Assembly: GCA_963842525.1 (NCBI GenBank)
Contig: CAWJGT010000009.1
Span: 1,792,001-1,856,000, forward strand
Source of the DNA: an uncultured Holophagales bacterium
Lineage (GTDB): Bacteria; Acidobacteriota; Thermoanaerobaculia; Multivoradales; UBA5704
Reading direction: 5' to 3'
DNA: 64,000 nucleotides
Part shown: positions 61,264 through 64,000 of the stretch, piece after piece
Layout: the number at the start of each line of letters is the position of its first letter
How positions within the stretch are numbered: the first letter of the stretch is position 1
Program-made: the position numbers and the translations under genes
The notes under the pieces: generated by a model
Told to the model about the DNA's origin: nothing
The model's input: only the letters and a program-made list of their open reading frames with translations
The model's database searches: none

Positions 61264-62871
61264 TCAGCCTTTGAAGGCGAGGACCCGTTGCGCATCCTCT
61301 TCGCGCTGGCGATTGCGCAGCAGCCATGCCAGGGTCTCGAGCTGGTGGTCCTTGAAGACCCAGCCGATCCGGCCCAGAGACTCCATGCTGGCGATCAGAC
61401 GATCGATTTGTGCCTCGGACGGGGTCGTATCGGCTCCCGCTTTCCGATAGATCTCTTCGAGGCGGCCAAGCATCCCGTCGAGGGCCGTCCGGTCGAGCCA
61501 GATCCCCCGCACCATGACCCCGGCCGGATGGCGGAGGTTTGCTGTGGAGGCGAGAGGATCGGCGTCCAGCAAGACCAGGTCCGCCCGCTTGCCGGCCTCG
61601 ATCGTGCCAAGCTCGCCCTCGTGCTCCAGAGCCCGCGCTGCATTGATCGTGGCGGCCCGGAGCGTCTCCAGGGGCGGCAACCCGAGCTCTTCCAGGATGC
61701 GGAGCTCCTCGTGCAGCGCGAAGCCGGGGACCATGTTCGCATAGCCGCCGCCCGAGTCGGTTCCGGCGAGAAAGCGGGCATGGATCGGCAGCAGGTCGGC
61801 GAAGATCTTCTTCGACAGGGTGAAAACCTTTTCTTCGCTGTCGCCCGTGTAGGTGTCCGCCCGCTCCAGCCAGCGGCGGCGCGTCCGGGCCGGGATATAG
61901 CGCATTTCCTCGGCCGTCTGGACGAGCCTCTTGGCCTCGTCTCCCTTGAGGCCGCCTCGATAGTTGTAGAACGTCGGGCAGTTCCAGACCTCGGCGCCCC
62001 GGGTGGCCGCGACGTAGTCCTCACTGGTGATGGTCAGGCCGCGGTCGAGGATGTAGCCCTTGAAGTGCTCCAGGGTGAGCTGCCCTCCCTGAATGGCCTC
62101 GGCTACGGTGATGCCGTGCGGGATGTGGCCCACGACCCGGACGTCGAGCTTTTTCGCCTCATCCAGAATGGCCTGGTACACCTCCTTGGGCAGGACGTTA
62201 TGGACCTTGATGAATTCGTACCCGGCCGCTTTTTGCTCGCGGACGGTGCGGCGGGCCTCCTCCGGAGTCTTTACGACCGTCGCGTAGATCTCCATGGGCA
62301 TGGCGTTGAGGATGTGCCCGGCCACGTAGCGGTTGGGCATCAGGACGCGGCCCGTCCGGATCCGCTCGCGCAGCCGCAGCGTCCAGGGAAAGCCGCACAT
62401 CTCCCGCACCGAGGTCACGCCGTTGGCGAGGTGGAGCAGGGTATCGGCATCGGTCTGCGTCGAGTGGACGTGCATGTCGACCAGGCCCGGGATCAGATAC
62501 CGCCCACGGCCGTCGACCTTCACATAGCCGCGCGGTACCAGGGCTGATCCCGCCGGGACCACCGCCTCGATGCGTCCTCCACTCACCAACACCGTCCGGT
62601 CCGGCAGCCGTTCGCCCGAGGCCACATCGACCACCGTCACACCGACGAATGCGAAGCGGCCCGGCTGGTAGCGAGCCGTCAGATCCTCGATCAGGCGGTG
62701 GACATCGTTTTCCTCGAAGTAGAAGGCCCAGGGGCCACCGCCTCCAGCCGGAACCTTCGCGGCGGCCTGCGGCGACGGAGAGCTGTCGGCCGCGGTCCGT
62801 CCGGGCGGGGCGCCACAGGCGGTGAGGAGAGGGAGGAGGAGCAGGAGAATGTGGGAGCGTTTTGCGGCCAT
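61264..62871 (-). CDS. Amidohydrolase family lipoprotein
   Basis: ATG 62871 with LTAC lipobox; PGLVDMHVH, LAGTDSGG, GKRADLVLLDADP. Confidence 0.88.
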   Translation of the reverse strand: MAAKRSHILLLLLPLLTACGAPPGRTAADSSPSPQAAAKVPAGGGGPWAFYFEENDVHRLIEDLTARYQPGRFAFVGVTVVDVASGERLPDRTVLVSGGRIEAVVPAGSALVPRGYVKVDGRGRYLIPGLVDMHVHSTQTDADTLLHLANGVTSVREMCGFPWTLRLRERIRTGRVLMPNRYVAGHILNAMPMEIYATVVKTPEEARRTVREQKAAGYEFIKVHNVLPKEVYQAILDEAKKLDVRVVGHIPHGITVAEAIQGGQLTLEHFKGYILDRGLTITSEDYVAATRGAEVWNCPTFYNYRGGLKGDEAKRLVQTAEEMRYIPARTRRRWLERADTYTGDSEEKVFTLSKKIFADLLPIHARFLAGTDSGGGYANMVPGFALHEELRILEELGLPPLETLRAATINAARALEHEGELGTIEAGKRADLVLLDADPLASTANLRHPAGVMVRGIWLDRTALDGMLGRLEEIYRKAGADTTPSEAQIDRLIASMESLGRIGWVFKDHQLETLAWLLRNRQREEDAQRVLAFKG

Positions 62872-62899
62872 TGGTACAGGTACGTGCGTAGAGGGCTCC

Positions 62900-64000
62900 A
62901 GGTTATGAGCTGGAGAACCGGCGCGAACGCCGGGATCGAGGTAGGAGGCCCGGCTGGAAAGATCTATGGCGAGGGAGGCCCGGCCCTCGCCCGGGGTGAC
63001 GATCCCGAAGGGCGTCCCCCGGCGCTGCTCCTGTTCGAAAAGCGAGCACAGCGGGGCGAGAGGATAGGACTTTGGGAGCTCCTCTGCCGGGTAATTCATA
63101 TAGATGGTGAATGGCTGCCCGTCGTCGCGGCGGGCCTCGAAGAGCATCTCGAAGGTTTTCAGCTTCGGGTTGTTGACACCTCCAACAAACCCTTCTCATC
63201 GACGTATCCGGCCTGTGCCAGGGCCTGCAGGAGGACATCGCTGCGACTGTCCGCGGGCAGCAGCATGCGCCTGCCCTCCAGCTCCAGCATCAGCACGATG
63301 CTGGCGAGGTTGTAGACGGATTGTTCCTGCCCCTGGGGTATGGGGATGTCGACGATCTCGATCGGAGACGGCAGGAGCTCGATGCGGCGGCTTGCGAAAG
63401 TCTCGAGGATCTCGACATCGCGCAGCGCCGCTGTCACAGCCTCCGCGGTCTCCGGAGCCTCGCCCTCGAGGTCCACCGACTTTGCAATGTCGCGCAACCA
63501 GAAGTCGGCGAAGCGCCGGACCCACTCGACCGGCGGTCCCAGCACCGTCATCGAGAGTCCGTGCTCCCAGTGAACGCGGGCGGCGCCGGCCTCGGGAAGC
63601 GTGATGAGGCGGGAGAAGGGCTCGTTGACTGGAATGCCCGCGGCCGCTGCCCCCGACACCAGTTGAGTCTTCCAGCGCGATCGGGAGATCACCTCCGCGG
63701 CCCTGCCAGTGCCGGGCAGGAAGGCGTTGGACCAGATCGTCCCGAGCCGACAGGGCGCGCTCCCGTTCGATGGCCGCCTCGCGGCGCGCTCCTCCGCCGC
63801 CAGGGCCTGCTTTACGGTAGCCTCCAGCCGGGCGCGCTCGGCTTGCTCCGCGGCCTGGACGAATTTCTCGAGCAGTGGATGGACCAGCGGCGGGAGGCTG
63901 TCCCGCCGCGCCGGCTGCCGCGCGTAGCGCCCCTCCTCAGTGACCCGCACCATCCGCAGGAAGGCTTGGCGGAGCCGGTCTTCCTCGGCCGGCGTGAGGC
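62900..64000 (-). pseudogene. Mosaic remnant: nSTAND-type NTPase helical segment joined to pieces of a ComEC/MBL-fold hydrolase (5'-partial)
   Basis: LRQAFLRMVRV...LLEKFVQA; NLASIVLMLE..GRRMLLPAD; NP..TFEMLFEAR; the expected KVxHHGS segment is missing and the frame shifts. Confidence 0.5.

Overview
This is a GC-rich bacterial window. The XRE regulator type and the C-terminal domain on the haloperoxidase suggest Acidobacteriota, Thermoanaerobaculia-like; that is an inference. About a dozen single-base frameshifts in unrelated genes most likely reflect an uncorrected assembly. The backbone is secreted hydrolases and housekeeping genes: peptidases M19/M28/M20/M1, DUF885, an S1-domain protein, MscS, GH1/GH43 and ECF-FecR-TonB. 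Main points: (1) A truncated IS110-family element (43724-44570) sits in a REP-like repeat. Its 3' non-coding region shows a bridge/seekRNA-like layout whose guide segments match both its own insertion junction and an intact REP target at 28882-28895. (2) A compact mevalonate operon (polyprenyl synthase, IDI-2, class I HMGR, MVK, decarboxylase, isopentenyl phosphate kinase) lacks phosphomevalonate kinase, i.e. the haloarchaea/Roseiflexus-type route, with a squalene synthase downstream. (3) Two integrase-less inserts are bounded by diverged duplicates of a host gene's 3' end; one carries a PIN toxin-antitoxin pair plus a Z1-domain protein. (4) There is an orphan fkbK-J-I-H hydroxymalonyl-ACP cassette, a MAD3/MAD4-like ATPase pair, several REP families, a recurring 16-bp motif next to one REP family, and 21-bp-periodic non-coding tracts. 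All family assignments come from motif recognition; no searches were run.
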